Below are positions 28,591-38,821 of a DNA stretch of 64,000 nt, in pieces. Source of the DNA: Verrucomicrobiales bacterium (GTDB lineage: Bacteria; Verrucomicrobiota; Verrucomicrobiia; Limisphaerales; JAYPEY01). The position numbers were made by a program, and so were the translations under genes. The notes below the pieces were generated by a model. That model was not told the origin of the DNA. It searched no databases and saw nothing but the letters and a program-made list of their open reading frames with translations. How positions within the stretch are numbered: the first letter of the stretch is position 1; each line of letters starts with the position of its first letter. The DNA lies in contig JAYPFK010000008.1 of NCBI GenBank assembly GCA_038126235.1, positions 33,168-97,167 on the forward strand, in the 5' to 3' direction.

Positions 28591-30098
28591 AGGTTCGTCG
28601 GGTTGGCGATGGCGTGGAGGCGGTCCATGGTGGCGATGTAGAGGACGCCGTTCGCGGCGACAGGGGTGGCGCTGATCGGTCGCGGGAACACGGTCGAGAA
28701 AAGCAGGCGCTTTTCGCGCGCGGCCGCGAAGACGTGAAAGTCTCCCTGTCGCGTTCCGATGTAGACCTTGCCGTCGGCGACCATGGGCGACGCCCAGAAG
28801 AGACCTCCGGCCTGGTGCGTCCAATAGGTCTCGCCGGTTTCGGCATCGAGACAGTGGACGTTCTTGCCGACGTCGGCGATGAAGACCAGCCCCTCGTGAA
28901 CGGCCGGCGTGGACATCACGTGTTTTTCCAACGGATGCGACCAGACTTGGCCCGCCTTCGTGATGTCGCCCTCGCCGCCCGCCCTGACACACTGGATCCA
29001 GGCTTCCTCCTTCCCCCACCAGATGTCGCCGCCGCCGGCGAACCAGATCCGTTCACCCACGACGACCGGCATGCCAAAGACGTTGCTGGGGCTGACAGAG
29101 CGGTTGCGGTTGTATTGGTGCACCTTGGTCTTGGGAGCGCTTGGATCGGGATCGTAGCTCCAGACCTTTTCAAAGGTCTCCACGCGGCCGGGCGGCGGCG
29201 TGGCCGCCAGCGGCTTGAACGCGTAGAGGATGCCGTTGCCCGCGGCGAAGAAGATGAGTTCGCGTCCGTTCACTTTCGCCATGGCAGGCGGGGACCAGGT
29301 GCAGTGGAAGATGTTGGGACCGATGCCCTCGCGCTCCCGGGCGAGCAGGCGTCCGGTGCGTTTGTCCAATGCGACCAGACTCGGCGCGTCCGGCCTGCGG
29401 ATCTTGACGTGGGTGTTGTCGACGCCGGTCCCGGTGTTCAGGTAGAGGTGGTCGCCCCGGATCAGGATCGAACTGCAGGCCGCGTCGTGCGACCAGATGC
29501 CCGCGCCCTCGGTGAGGTCGAAGAGCCACAGGATATCGGCGTCCAGCGGGCCCAGTTTGAGCGGCGCCTCTTCGGCCGGCGTCATGTGGCGCGCCTCGTC
29601 CTGGAAGGGGCCGTCGTTGCCGTCGGCCAGGCCCTTTGCGTCGAGACACATGACCTCGCCGCGGTTGCTGACGATGTAGACACGGTCGCCCTCGACCGTC
29701 GCGGGCGAGGAAATGCCGCTCTTGGGCCAGTCAAAGAAGCGGTCCTCGATCCGCTTCGGCACGACGAGTTGCCAGAGCAGTCGGCCGTCCGCCTCGTTGA
29801 GACACATCAGGACGCCGCGGTCGCCCTTGTGTTTGGGGTCGCGCGGCGTGGAGTTGTTCGTCCCGATATAGATCCGGCCGCCGGCGACGACCGGCGTCGA
29901 GTGTGTCTGGGTTCCCAGCTCCGCCGTCCATTTGATGTTCCTGCCGGTTTCCAGGTCGAACGAGGCGGGAAGATTGACCTCCGGGGAAACCAGGTTTCGC
30001 GTCCAGGCCTGTCCCCACTGCGGCTGGTCAGCCGCCCGCGAGATTGAGACCGCGCCGGCCAGGACGACCGCCGCTAGGGAGACAGCAGGGAACTTCAT
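28587..30098 (-). CDS. Secreted PQQ-like (BamB-type) beta-propeller protein
   Basis: ADQPQWG, NIKW, STPVVAGGRIYIGT, CLDAETG..YW, ASPMVADGKVY, ATPVAANGVLY. Confidence 0.85.
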   Translation of the reverse strand: MKFPAVSLAAVVLAGAVSISRAADQPQWGQAWTRNLVSPEVNLPASFDLETGRNIKWTAELGTQTHSTPVVAGGRIYIGTNNSTPRDPKHKGDRGVLMCLNEADGRLLWQLVVPKRIEDRFFDWPKSGISSPATVEGDRVYIVSNRGEVMCLDAKGLADGNDGPFQDEARHMTPAEEAPLKLGPLDADILWLFDLTEGAGIWSHDAACSSILIRGDHLYLNTGTGVDNTHVKIRRPDAPSLVALDKRTGRLLAREREGIGPNIFHCTWSPPAMAKVNGRELIFFAAGNGILYAFKPLAATPPPGRVETFEKVWSYDPDPSAPKTKVHQYNRNRSVSPSNVFGMPVVVGERIWFAGGGDIWWGKEEAWIQCVRAGGEGDITKAGQVWSHPLEKHVMSTPAVHEGLVFIADVGKNVHCLDAETGETYWTHQAGGLFWASPMVADGKVYIGTRQGDFHVFAAAREKRLLFSTVFPRPISATPVAANGVLYIATMDRLHAIANPTNL

Positions 30099-30339
30099 GA
30101 CCGCGTGTTACAACGGAGCCCGGCGGGCGACAAGCTCATCTTCGGGATGGTCCGCTCGGAGCATTCCATTCAGAACTTTCCAATCGTTCCAAAGGGGGGA
30201 TGATCCTGACCATCGAATTTCCACGTCACGAAACCAACCATCGACAGAGGATTCGGATCCCATGAAACGAGCGCGCCGACAATCGCCCTGGCTGGCAACG
30301 AACGGACAGCAGGTCTGTCCGCGTGAAGGAAGCGGGACA

Positions 30340-32586
30340 ATGCGCAGCTGGCTTCTCGCGCTGGCGACGCTCCTGTCGGGGACGGCGATCCCGTTAAGGG
30401 CCGCGGACTACTGGGTGGCGCCGGCGGGGAATGACGCCAATCCCGGCAGCCGCGAACGTCCGTTTCGCACCGTCCAGAAAGCCATGGATGTCGCCCGCGC
30501 CGGCGATGTCTGCACCGTGCGCGGAGGAACCTATCGCGAGGCGGTCACAATCCGCCATTCGGGCGAAGCGGGCCGTCCGATCAGGCTGACCGCGGCCGCG
30601 GGGGAGCAGGTGGTTCTTGACGGCTCCGATCCGGTCACCGGAACGTGGGAACGTCATCAGGGCGGCATCTACAGCACGGCGATCGAGGAGCCCATCGAGC
30701 AGGTGTTCGTGAACGGCAGGATGCAGATCGAGGCCCGGTGGCCGAATATGCGGTTCGAGGAGATCTGGGACCGCGCGAAGTGGGCCCGGTCGGATCACGG
30801 TTCGCACAAGGATCTGATGATCTGTGATGCGCTGGCGGAAACGGGCATCGACTGGACCGGCGCTCTGGCCACGCTCAACGTGGGCCACCAATACAAGACC
30901 TGGACGCGCGAGGTGAAGGAGCATGCCGCCGGGAGCGACCGGTTTCGTTACGAACTCAACGAACGTCTCGGCGACGGCAGGGACGACGGCCCGACCTGGG
31001 CGGACGATCATTTCTACCTGACCGGCAAGCTCGAGGCGCTGGATGCGCCGACCGAATGGTTCCACGACGCCCGGCGAGGTCGGCTGTATCTCTGGTGCGA
31101 CGACGGCGGCAGTCCCGCCGGCCGCCGGGTGACCGTCAAGCGTCGGGTTTACGCCCTGAGCGCCGACCGGCGGAGCCATGTTGAGATTGTCGGCCTCCGC
31201 TTCTTCGCCGCCACGATCCGCTTGAACCAATGCGAGCACTGCCTGATCGATCGTTGTCGACTGAAATTCCCGGTCCATGCGAAGCGTTTCGAGGAGCGGA
31301 CGCCGGAAGGGAAGCCCAAACCCGAACCCGCGACGCTGGTCGCCGGAGACCACAACACGATCCGCGACACCGGCATCGCCTACAGCAACCTCGGCGGCTT
31401 GGTCGTCCGGGGAAGTGACTGTCGTGTCGAGAACTGCATCGTCCATGACGTGAACTGGGGCGGCAGCATCTCGCACGCGGGCATCGCCATGTTGGGACAC
31501 TCCGGCCGGGACAACCACAACGTGGTCAGCCGATGCACTGTTCACGAGGTCGGCAACATCGGCATCCTCTACCGGGGGGAGGCGACCGTCATCGAATACA
31601 ATCACGTCTTCGGCGTCGGGCGCGCCTGCCGGGACATCGCCGCGATTCATACCGGCGGCGTTCATGCGCGCGGCAGCGTGGCCCACCACAACTGGGTGCA
31701 CGACAGCACGGAACTGGGCATGCGGGGCGACGACCAGACCCGGGGCCTCACGTTCCACCACAATGTGATCTGGAACTGTCGCCGGGGCATGGTCATGAAG
31801 GGCGAGGGAAACAAGGTCTTTCACAACACGGTGTTGGTCGATCCGGAGGCCGGGTTGTCCACGGCTTCGATCGTCATTCCCAAGCGCGCCGAACCCCAAA
31901 AATGGTGGACACCCAATCCCACGCTGCCCGTGCAGAACAAGGATTCACTGGTGTTCAACAACGCCTCATATCTCCTCGCCGACCGGGGCGGCAACCCGAT
32001 CCACGCGGGGAAGCTGGTCTCCCACAATGTGATCCTCCCGCGCGACCTGACAGCGGTGTTCGTCAACGCCGGTGAAAAGGCGCTCGCCGCGGGCTCGTTC
32101 GACCTGCGGCCGACGCCGGGGTCGCCTCTGATCGACGCAGGCCGACCGGAGCCGGGGCTTACGAAGACCTTCCACGGCGCGGCGCCCGATGCCGGAGCCT
32201 ATGAGGCGGGCGCCGAGCGTTGGATGGCCGGCGCGGACTGGAGCGATGAGCCGCCCGTCGTCCCGTTCGTGGTGAATGTTGAGACGCCCCGCAAGCACAC
32301 GCCGGTTCCGTTGCCATCGCGGCTGCAGGCCTGCGGCATCAGCGCAAAGGGGATGCGCGCGTTGGTGAAACTGCACGACCGGTTGTGGGAAGAAGGGGAC
32401 CGCATCTCCGTTCGGGCAAAGGCGATCGCCCTGCGCGAGCAGCATCCGAAGGAATCGCCCGAATACAGGAAGAACCATGCCATTGTCGCCCGCCTGCACG
32501 GCGAAGTCGGGAGGGCGTTGCGGGAGCAGGGGCGTCAGGTTCTGACCGGCGCCGATTTGGCCGCATTCAAAAAGGTCGCGCGCTGA
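30340..32586 (+). CDS. Secreted right-handed parallel beta-helix protein (DUF1565-type N-terminus)
   Basis: YWVAPAGNDANPGS..PFRTVQKA, GGTYRE, HHNWVHD, HHNVIWN, DLRP..GSPLIDAG, APDAGAYE. Confidence 0.8.
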   Translation: MRSWLLALATLLSGTAIPLRAADYWVAPAGNDANPGSRERPFRTVQKAMDVARAGDVCTVRGGTYREAVTIRHSGEAGRPIRLTAAAGEQVVLDGSDPVTGTWERHQGGIYSTAIEEPIEQVFVNGRMQIEARWPNMRFEEIWDRAKWARSDHGSHKDLMICDALAETGIDWTGALATLNVGHQYKTWTREVKEHAAGSDRFRYELNERLGDGRDDGPTWADDHFYLTGKLEALDAPTEWFHDARRGRLYLWCDDGGSPAGRRVTVKRRVYALSADRRSHVEIVGLRFFAATIRLNQCEHCLIDRCRLKFPVHAKRFEERTPEGKPKPEPATLVAGDHNTIRDTGIAYSNLGGLVVRGSDCRVENCIVHDVNWGGSISHAGIAMLGHSGRDNHNVVSRCTVHEVGNIGILYRGEATVIEYNHVFGVGRACRDIAAIHTGGVHARGSVAHHNWVHDSTELGMRGDDQTRGLTFHHNVIWNCRRGMVMKGEGNKVFHNTVLVDPEAGLSTASIVIPKRAEPQKWWTPNPTLPVQNKDSLVFNNASYLLADRGGNPIHAGKLVSHNVILPRDLTAVFVNAGEKALAAGSFDLRPTPGSPLIDAGRPEPGLTKTFHGAAPDAGAYEAGAERWMAGADWSDEPPVVPFVVNVETPRKHTPVPLPSRLQACGISAKGMRALVKLHDRLWEEGDRISVRAKAIALREQHPKESPEYRKNHAIVARLHGEVGRALREQGRQVLTGADLAAFKKVAR

Positions 32587-32693
32587 GCAGGCAGCTCTGG
32601 AAGTTGGAAATGGACGGAGGGTTTGCCGATGGCGTTGTCATGCGCAGCGCGACCGGCCGATGCCGGCCGTCTTGCGATCTGCGGCGGGGCCGG

Positions 32694-33006
32694 TCACTTG
32701 CTTGCGTCCGTCAGGCTGAACGTTCCATCTTCACCGTAGATCACGCGGCAGGGCTGGGGGGTTCCGGATTGTTTCCCCGCTGTCCGGGTGAAGCGCGCGA
32801 CATCGGCGCCATTCTTCGCGCGCACGACTTTCATGATGTAGCTGCCCTGCTGCGCGGCGACATATTGCAATGCCTGTTCCTTGGCGGGGCCGTCCGGGGC
32901 GGCGAGGAGATACACATGGTTCTTGTGGCTGGGACGGTCTTTCACCGCCGACGAAAAGCGGGGGGGCAAGGCATGCCACGGTGATTGCAAGCAGTGTGTT
33001 TTTCAT
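32694..33006 (-). pseudogene. Small secreted hypothetical gene with apparent frameshift near G7 run (32960-32966)
   Basis: Signal-peptide-like MKNTLLAITVACLA is in a different frame from the GC3-rich body KDRPSHKNHVYLLAAP...TDASK*. Confidence 0.45.
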
Positions 33007-33047
33007 GGATGGAGATTGCCTTTTCAACCTGTCCCCTTCCCTTTGAG

Positions 33048-33782
33048 TCATTTTCGGACCGCCGGTTTTCCGGGCAGCGCGGCCTGGATTTCCTTCGCCA
33101 CCTTCGCGGCCAGCAGGTCGCGCCCCGCCTCGGTGTAATGCACGTCGTTCTCACCCTTCTGGAACTTTGCGCGCTGGTTTCCGATGACAGCATAGAGGTC
33201 GTTGATGGGGACGCCGTGTTTCTTCATCACGGCGGTCGCGGCATCGTTGAATTCCTTGGCGCGCGCCTCGGTGATGACGATCTTCACCTTGCGCTCGGGG
33301 CCGACGCAGGGCGGCGTGGTCATCCCGAAGATCAAGCGGGCCTGGGTCTTCTTCAGGCTGCGGACGATGGCATCGAGACTCTTGCCGTAGGATTCCGGGG
33401 TGGCCTTGGGTTCCTGGCTCCAGCCATACCAGTCCCAGAGACCGAAGTTGAAATGGATGACGTCCCACTTGGAATCACCGACCCACTCCGCAATGTGCTC
33501 GGCGCCATAGGCGGACCACCTGCAATTGGTGGCGGGCCGATGCACGTTGGCCTTGCCGTCCAGCAGACGCCGAACGCGCGGCGTGTAACCGATCGAAATC
33601 GAGTCCCCGACGATCAATACCCGGGGAAGCGCCGGTTCATCGACGGGATTGGCGAACGGCTGTTGGAACGGGTCCCGCGGCGCGGACTTCTTCTGCGCGA
33701 AGGAGACGGTCGGGAGGGCGATCAAGCCCGCAAACAACAGGGCGGCGAGCGGTTTCATGGTTCGGTGAGATTGCGACTTCAT
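33048..33782 (-). CDS. SGNH/GDSL hydrolase
   Basis: LIVGDSIS, HFNFGLWD, NDVHY; signal peptide (start may be ATG 33758). Confidence 0.9.
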   Translation of the reverse strand: MKSQSHRTMKPLAALLFAGLIALPTVSFAQKKSAPRDPFQQPFANPVDEPALPRVLIVGDSISIGYTPRVRRLLDGKANVHRPATNCRWSAYGAEHIAEWVGDSKWDVIHFNFGLWDWYGWSQEPKATPESYGKSLDAIVRSLKKTQARLIFGMTTPPCVGPERKVKIVITEARAKEFNDAATAVMKKHGVPINDLYAVIGNQRAKFQKGENDVHYTEAGRDLLAAKVAKEIQAALPGKPAVRK

Positions 33783-33813
33783 TCAAGGGACGGGTCCGGG
33801 GTTCAGTTCATGG

Positions 33814-35175
33814 TCAGCGTGATTGAACGGCGGCGGCTTTCCCAAGTTTCGCCTGCAACCGCCGGTTGGCCGCGACGATGGTGGCGACCAGTTCAGGGGT
33901 GCGCTCACGCGTCAGGTCAAACCGCTGGGGATTCCTATGATCGACCGGCCGGTCGGACTGATAGCACCACCAATAGGAGAGCGCGACACCGGCATCGACC
34001 ACGTCCTGCAATGTCTTCTCCACCCAGGGCTTCGCCGCGGCCGTGTCCTCGAAGCTCTCGAAGTAATCCGGCGCCTCGGCCCAGACCTGCTTGTCGGAAC
34101 GGGCGATGGCGTGAAGTCCGAGTTCCCCGATCATGAGCGGATTTCCGATGCGGGCGGCGATCTTCACCCAGTCCCGATTGTCCTGGATCGCCTCGCCTCC
34201 GGCCCCGTCCGCGATAACATATCCCTGCCGCTGATTTGGATAGGAATGCACATCGATCACATCGACCGCCGTTTCGGCGTAGAGCAAGTCGAAGCATCTG
34301 GCCTGCTCCTCGAGCGTGTCCTTCTGCCAGGAACGGTTTTGGTAGAGGTTCCATTGACTCTCGCGCAGGCGCGAACCGCCGCTGCTGACGAGCCGCAGGG
34401 GATCAGCCGCCTTGATGCGCCGGGCTGTGTCGTCAAAGAAACCGGCGACATCCTTGAGCGTGGGCATGCGTTGGCCTTCGTGCACACGGTTCCGGTTCCC
34501 GATGTCCGCCTTGTGGGTCAGCTCATTTGAGATCTCCCACATGAGAACGGTCCGGCGATCGCGGTAGCGCGCCACCGTTTCATCGATATAGCGATACAGG
34601 AGTTAGCGGCCCCGTGATTCCGGGTTCGCGAACAGTTCGCGCACTTGTTCCTCTCCGAACACCCAGCCTCTCCCGCGCACAAGTCGGGTGTCGGTAAAAT
34701 CTCCGGCCCCGAGGGACCACACGACCCGGATCTCATGCCGGTCGCAGAGTTCCAGGGCGCGATCGAGCGCGGCGTAGAGGAGTTTCCGCTTTTCGGGATT
34801 GGAATACGACTCCGGCCCGGCCGGCCCCCAGGGCAGGGCGAAGAAACGGATCGTCCGAAAACCCAGTTCATGCAACTCCCGCAAGGCCCGGTCCTGCGCG
34901 CGGACCAGCGAATTGGCGTCGGACAGTTCATGCCCGGCCTCCAGTTGGCTGTAGAGCTGCCAGAGCAGATCAAACTTGTTGAAGCTGATCTCCGCAAAAG
35001 GCCGGCCATCCAGCCAGAACCGGCCGTCGCGAACGGAAAGCACGTCGTCGCGCGTGAGTGCGGACTTGGGCGCGGACTGCGCCGCCGGTGGCGCGGCGAT
35101 CGCGTAGAACATCCCCAAAGCCAGCAGCCAAGCCGTTGCCTCCGACCACAGGTTCCGGTTCTTCATCGGGTTCAT
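33814..35175 (-). pseudogene. GH5-like (mannanase/cellulase-type) glycoside hydrolase interrupted by in-frame TAA at 34603-34605
   Basis: Two ORFs in the same frame join as NPESRGR*LLYRYIDETVARYR; clan GH-A motifs WEISNE, DVHSY, IGELG. Confidence 0.75.
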
Positions 35176-35241
35176 CTCTTCCACGTTTTCATAGGATCGC
35201 ACGACAGGATTGAATTCACCAAGTCAGGAGAACGCGTTCCG

Positions 35242-35423
35242 CGCGACAGCGTCATGGACTGCGGCGCCGCGCGCCGCTTTGCCTGACTTGGGGCGGAAGT
35301 TCGTTTGAGAAATCGGGGCGCGACGCGCGGAGAAGGGCAGGCCAGGTTGGGAAGGGCGATCACCTGGAGGAAGGGACGCGCTTCAAAGCGGCGCGCGTCG
35401 CCGCAGTCCAAAACGCTGTCGCG
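35242..35423. repeat. REPIN/MITE-like element with 40-bp terminal inverted repeats (family C)
   Basis: 35242-35281 vs 35384-35423 complementary at 37 of 40; 102-bp spacer. Confidence 0.85.
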
Positions 35424-35464
35424 AGTCCGCAGGCCTTGTCCGATTCGCCAATGATCGAAGACCT

Positions 35465-37012
35465 TCATTTCCCTTTCTGTTCTCGGACAGGGTTTGCGGT
35501 TCGTCCCGCGGCCTTGGAGCCCGGCGGCAGGTCCAGCACGTTGAAGGCCCGACCACTTTCAATGACCTCGTCCCAACGCCTGCGGCATTGCGCAGCCATT
35601 CTATCAGCGGCTTCGGGAAACATCGCCCGCACGTCGATCATCTCGCCGGGATCGGCCTCCAGGTCGTAGAGCGCGCTTCGCCCCTTGGGCAGCGCATGGA
35701 ATTTGAAGCGCGGTCCGCGCAGGATGAGATGATGATCTTCAAACCGGCGGCTCGCGAGATCAGCCATCCCGTCGCGCGGCGAACCGGGGCCCGCGATAGC
35801 CAAACGGAGGAGCGGCGGATGATCCTCCTCCCTCTCCGCATCCTCCAGCGACGGCCGCAGGCTCACGCCACCGAAGGGCAGATGCGCGATGGAACTATCC
35901 GGGATTCCGACCAGGTCAAGCAACGTGGGCAGGATGTCCTCGACGCTGCTCAACTGCCGGCGCTCCCCGGGTTTCACCCTGCCCGGCCAACGAACCAGCA
36001 TCGGCGTTCGGACGCCGTTCTCCCACACCAGAGCCTTGTGGCCGCGCAGCTTCGCGACGTTGCGCTTCAACCAGTCGATGTCGTCGGCAAGTTCTTCTTC
36101 GGTCTTGGTCTTCACTTCGGGGCTCGATGGACCGTTGTCGCTGAGAAAGACCACGATGGTGCGTTCCGCCTGGCCGGTTTCCCCAAGGGTCGCGAGGAGA
36201 CGGCCGATGCAGTCGTCCATGTGCGCGATGCTCCCATAGCACGCGGCCAGATTCTCCGAACAGCCCACCGCCGCGAAGGGCGCGCTGTATTTCTCGGGGC
36301 ACACCCAGGGCAGGTGCGGGATGATGAACGCGAAGGACGCAAACCAAGGTTCATCGCCATGGGCGCGGATGTAATCCGCGGCGTAGTCCGTCCAGAGATC
36401 AGCGGTCCAGCCCTTGGCGCGACCGCTGTTCCTGGGCCGCCACATCATCGGATCGCGATGTTCGTACCGGCTGCCGCCCAGCCATTCGTCCCAGCCAAAG
36501 TCGTGACCGTTCTTCCGTCCGACCTTCACGCAGTCGATCTTGCCGACATGCATGGTCCGATAGCCCGCCGCCTTGAAGAAGGCCGGCATCCGGGTCTCGT
36601 CGTGGCGCAAACCCGCGCGCCGTCCCACGCCCCAGACACCGGTGAGCAGATGATCCCGGCCCGTAAACAACGCCGCGCGCGTCGGCGAGCACGCCGCGGC
36701 GACAACGAAATTCCGGTAGACCGCGGATTCACCCGCGAGGCGGTCCAGGTGGGGCGTGCGCACGAGCGGATTGCCCAGAAAACCGAAATCGCCAAAGCCC
36801 TGGTCATCACTGACGATGAGCAGGACATTGGGAGGGGCGGAATGCGGCGCGACCTCCGCGGCAGACAGGGAAGGCGTCGTCGCCAACGCGGCCACGAGGG
36901 ACGCGGCGAGGACGGCAAGCAAACGTCTTCCCGGGGCAGGCTGAACACAGCCTTCGCAACGAGGTTCGAACATCGGACGCCTACCTTGGCGCATTCCCCG
37001 GCTGCGATTCAA
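35465..37012 (-). CDS. Arylsulfatase (S1)
   Basis: PNVLLIVSDDQG, CSPTRAALFTGR, SDNG, LYDLEADPGE; start uncertain. Confidence 0.9.
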   Translation of the reverse strand: MNRSRGMRQGRRPMFEPRCEGCVQPAPGRRLLAVLAASLVAALATTPSLSAAEVAPHSAPPNVLLIVSDDQGFGDFGFLGNPLVRTPHLDRLAGESAVYRNFVVAAACSPTRAALFTGRDHLLTGVWGVGRRAGLRHDETRMPAFFKAAGYRTMHVGKIDCVKVGRKNGHDFGWDEWLGGSRYEHRDPMMWRPRNSGRAKGWTADLWTDYAADYIRAHGDEPWFASFAFIIPHLPWVCPEKYSAPFAAVGCSENLAACYGSIAHMDDCIGRLLATLGETGQAERTIVVFLSDNGPSSPEVKTKTEEELADDIDWLKRNVAKLRGHKALVWENGVRTPMLVRWPGRVKPGERRQLSSVEDILPTLLDLVGIPDSSIAHLPFGGVSLRPSLEDAEREEDHPPLLRLAIAGPGSPRDGMADLASRRFEDHHLILRGPRFKFHALPKGRSALYDLEADPGEMIDVRAMFPEAADRMAAQCRRRWDEVIESGRAFNVLDLPPGSKAAGRTANPVREQKGK

Positions 37013-37074
37013 CCACGGAAGCGCCGGGCGGCGGCCAGTGACGACACAGCCTGTCCCGCACGCATCGCGAGGCA

Positions 37075-37149
37075 GGCGGGGTAAATTGTCCTCAAGGAGC
37101 CATCACGAACATGCCACCGCGCGGCTCACTGAGGACAGCGCGCCCCACC
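37075..37149. repeat. REP-like inverted-repeat element, family A copy 3
   Basis: Right arm ggctcactgaggacagcgcgccccacc; loop resembles the reverse complement of the 21025 loop. Confidence 0.75.
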
Positions 37150-37235
37150 ATGAATGCCGACTCGTCAACTCACACGCCGACCCGGCCGCCAGACTTGAAG
37201 CCCCGCGCGGTTCTGGTAGGTTCCGCGAAATCCAG

Positions 37236-38654
37236 ATGTCGATGAACGCCCTAAATCCGATTGATCGCCGCGCCATGCTGAAGGCCGCGGGTTGTGGTTT
37301 TGGCTGGCTGGCCTTTGCCGGGCTCGCCGGAAAGCAGGCATCCGCCGCGCCGGTGAATCCGCTCGCCGCCCGGCGGCCGATGTTCGCCCCCAAGGCCAAG
37401 CGGGTGATCTTCATCTTCATGCAGGGCGGGCCCAGCCACGTGGACACCTTCGACCCCAAGCCCCAACTCGACAAACATGACGGGCAGCAGGTCGAGTTCT
37501 ACAACGCGCGCCGGCGCGAACGCCGCATGGAGCCGGTGATGAAGGCTCTTTGGAAGTTCAAGCAGCACGGGCAATGCGGGCATCCGGTCTCCGAGCTTTT
37601 CCCCGAGATTGCCAAGCACGTGGACGACCTCTGCTTCCTCCACGGCATGCACACCGAAGGCGTGGCCCACGGGCCGGCGACGCTCTTCCTGCACACCGGC
37701 GCCACGAACCTGATCCGCCCCTCCGTCGGAGCCTGGGTGAACTACGGCCTGGGCACGGAGAACGAGAACCTGCCCGGCTTCATCACGATCAACCCCTCCG
37801 CCGCGAAGGGCGGCCCGCGCAACTACTCAAACGCATTTCTGCCCGCCGTCTACCAGGGCACGACCATCGGCCGGGCGGGCCTGCCGATGTCCGAAGCCGG
37901 CATCAAGCACCTGGCCAACGATTTCTCCACCGGCTCAGAGCAACGGCGGCAATTTGAATTCCTCCAGGCGTTGAACCGGACCCAGGCGGACCGGCAGGCG
38001 GCCGATCCCAATGTCGAGGCGGCGATCAGCTCCTTCGAACTGGCCTACCGCATGCAGGCCACAGCCCCCGCAGTGATGGACCTCGAAAGCGAGTCGGCGG
38101 CAACGCGCGCCATGTATGGCATCGGGGAGAAGGCGACGGACAACTTCGGCCGGCAGTGCCTGATGGCGCGGAGGTTCGCCGAGCAGGGCGTGCGCTACAT
38201 CCAGATCAGCTACTCGGACAACAAGGCCACGCCGATGTGGGATCAGCACAGCAACATGCCCAAGCACGAGGAACACGCCCTCGCGACAGACAAGCCGGTG
38301 GCCGGACTGCTGCAGGACCTGAAGCAGCGCGGCCTGCTGGAGGACACGCTGGTCTGGTGGGGCGGGGAGTTTGGCCGGACGCCATTCTCGCAGGGCAACA
38401 ACGGCCGCGACCACAATCCCAAGGGCTTCACTGTCTTCCTTGCCGGCGGCGGCGTGAAGCCGGGTTTCTCCCATGGAGCCACGGACGAATGGGGCTACGA
38501 AGCCGTCGAGAACAAGGTCCACATGCACGACCTCCACGCGACCGTCCTTCACCTCCTGGGCATGGACCACGAGAAGCTCACCTACCGCCTCGGCGGCCGC
38601 GACTTCCGCCTGACCGACATCTACGGCCACGTGGTCAACGAGATCATCGCCTGA
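37236..38654 (+). CDS. DUF1501 domain protein (Tat-exported)
   Basis: DRRAML Tat motif; AKRVIFIFMQGGPSHVDTFDPKP, GEFGRTP, GRDHNP, GRDFRLTD. Confidence 0.92.
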   Translation: MSMNALNPIDRRAMLKAAGCGFGWLAFAGLAGKQASAAPVNPLAARRPMFAPKAKRVIFIFMQGGPSHVDTFDPKPQLDKHDGQQVEFYNARRRERRMEPVMKALWKFKQHGQCGHPVSELFPEIAKHVDDLCFLHGMHTEGVAHGPATLFLHTGATNLIRPSVGAWVNYGLGTENENLPGFITINPSAAKGGPRNYSNAFLPAVYQGTTIGRAGLPMSEAGIKHLANDFSTGSEQRRQFEFLQALNRTQADRQAADPNVEAAISSFELAYRMQATAPAVMDLESESAATRAMYGIGEKATDNFGRQCLMARRFAEQGVRYIQISYSDNKATPMWDQHSNMPKHEEHALATDKPVAGLLQDLKQRGLLEDTLVWWGGEFGRTPFSQGNNGRDHNPKGFTVFLAGGGVKPGFSHGATDEWGYEAVENKVHMHDLHATVLHLLGMDHEKLTYRLGGRDFRLTDIYGHVVNEIIA

Positions 38655-38821
38655 GACTGACAAGGGGGCCGAATCCTGGTTGGGGAATGCAGGGCGCTCA
38701 GGATCGGAAGCATTGCCGTCAGTTCCCAGGTTGGCGCTGCGCGCGGCGTCTCATTGCCATCGTCAGCCCGCCAGCAATCCCACGCTTGAAGCCCGCGCGG
38801 TCCGTGACCTAGAGTCGCGCG

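Noticed and set aside
37038..37235. N-terminal extension of the DUF1501 ORF through a family A REP
   Set aside because: The Tat motif directly follows ATG 37236, so the REP is probably intergenic here
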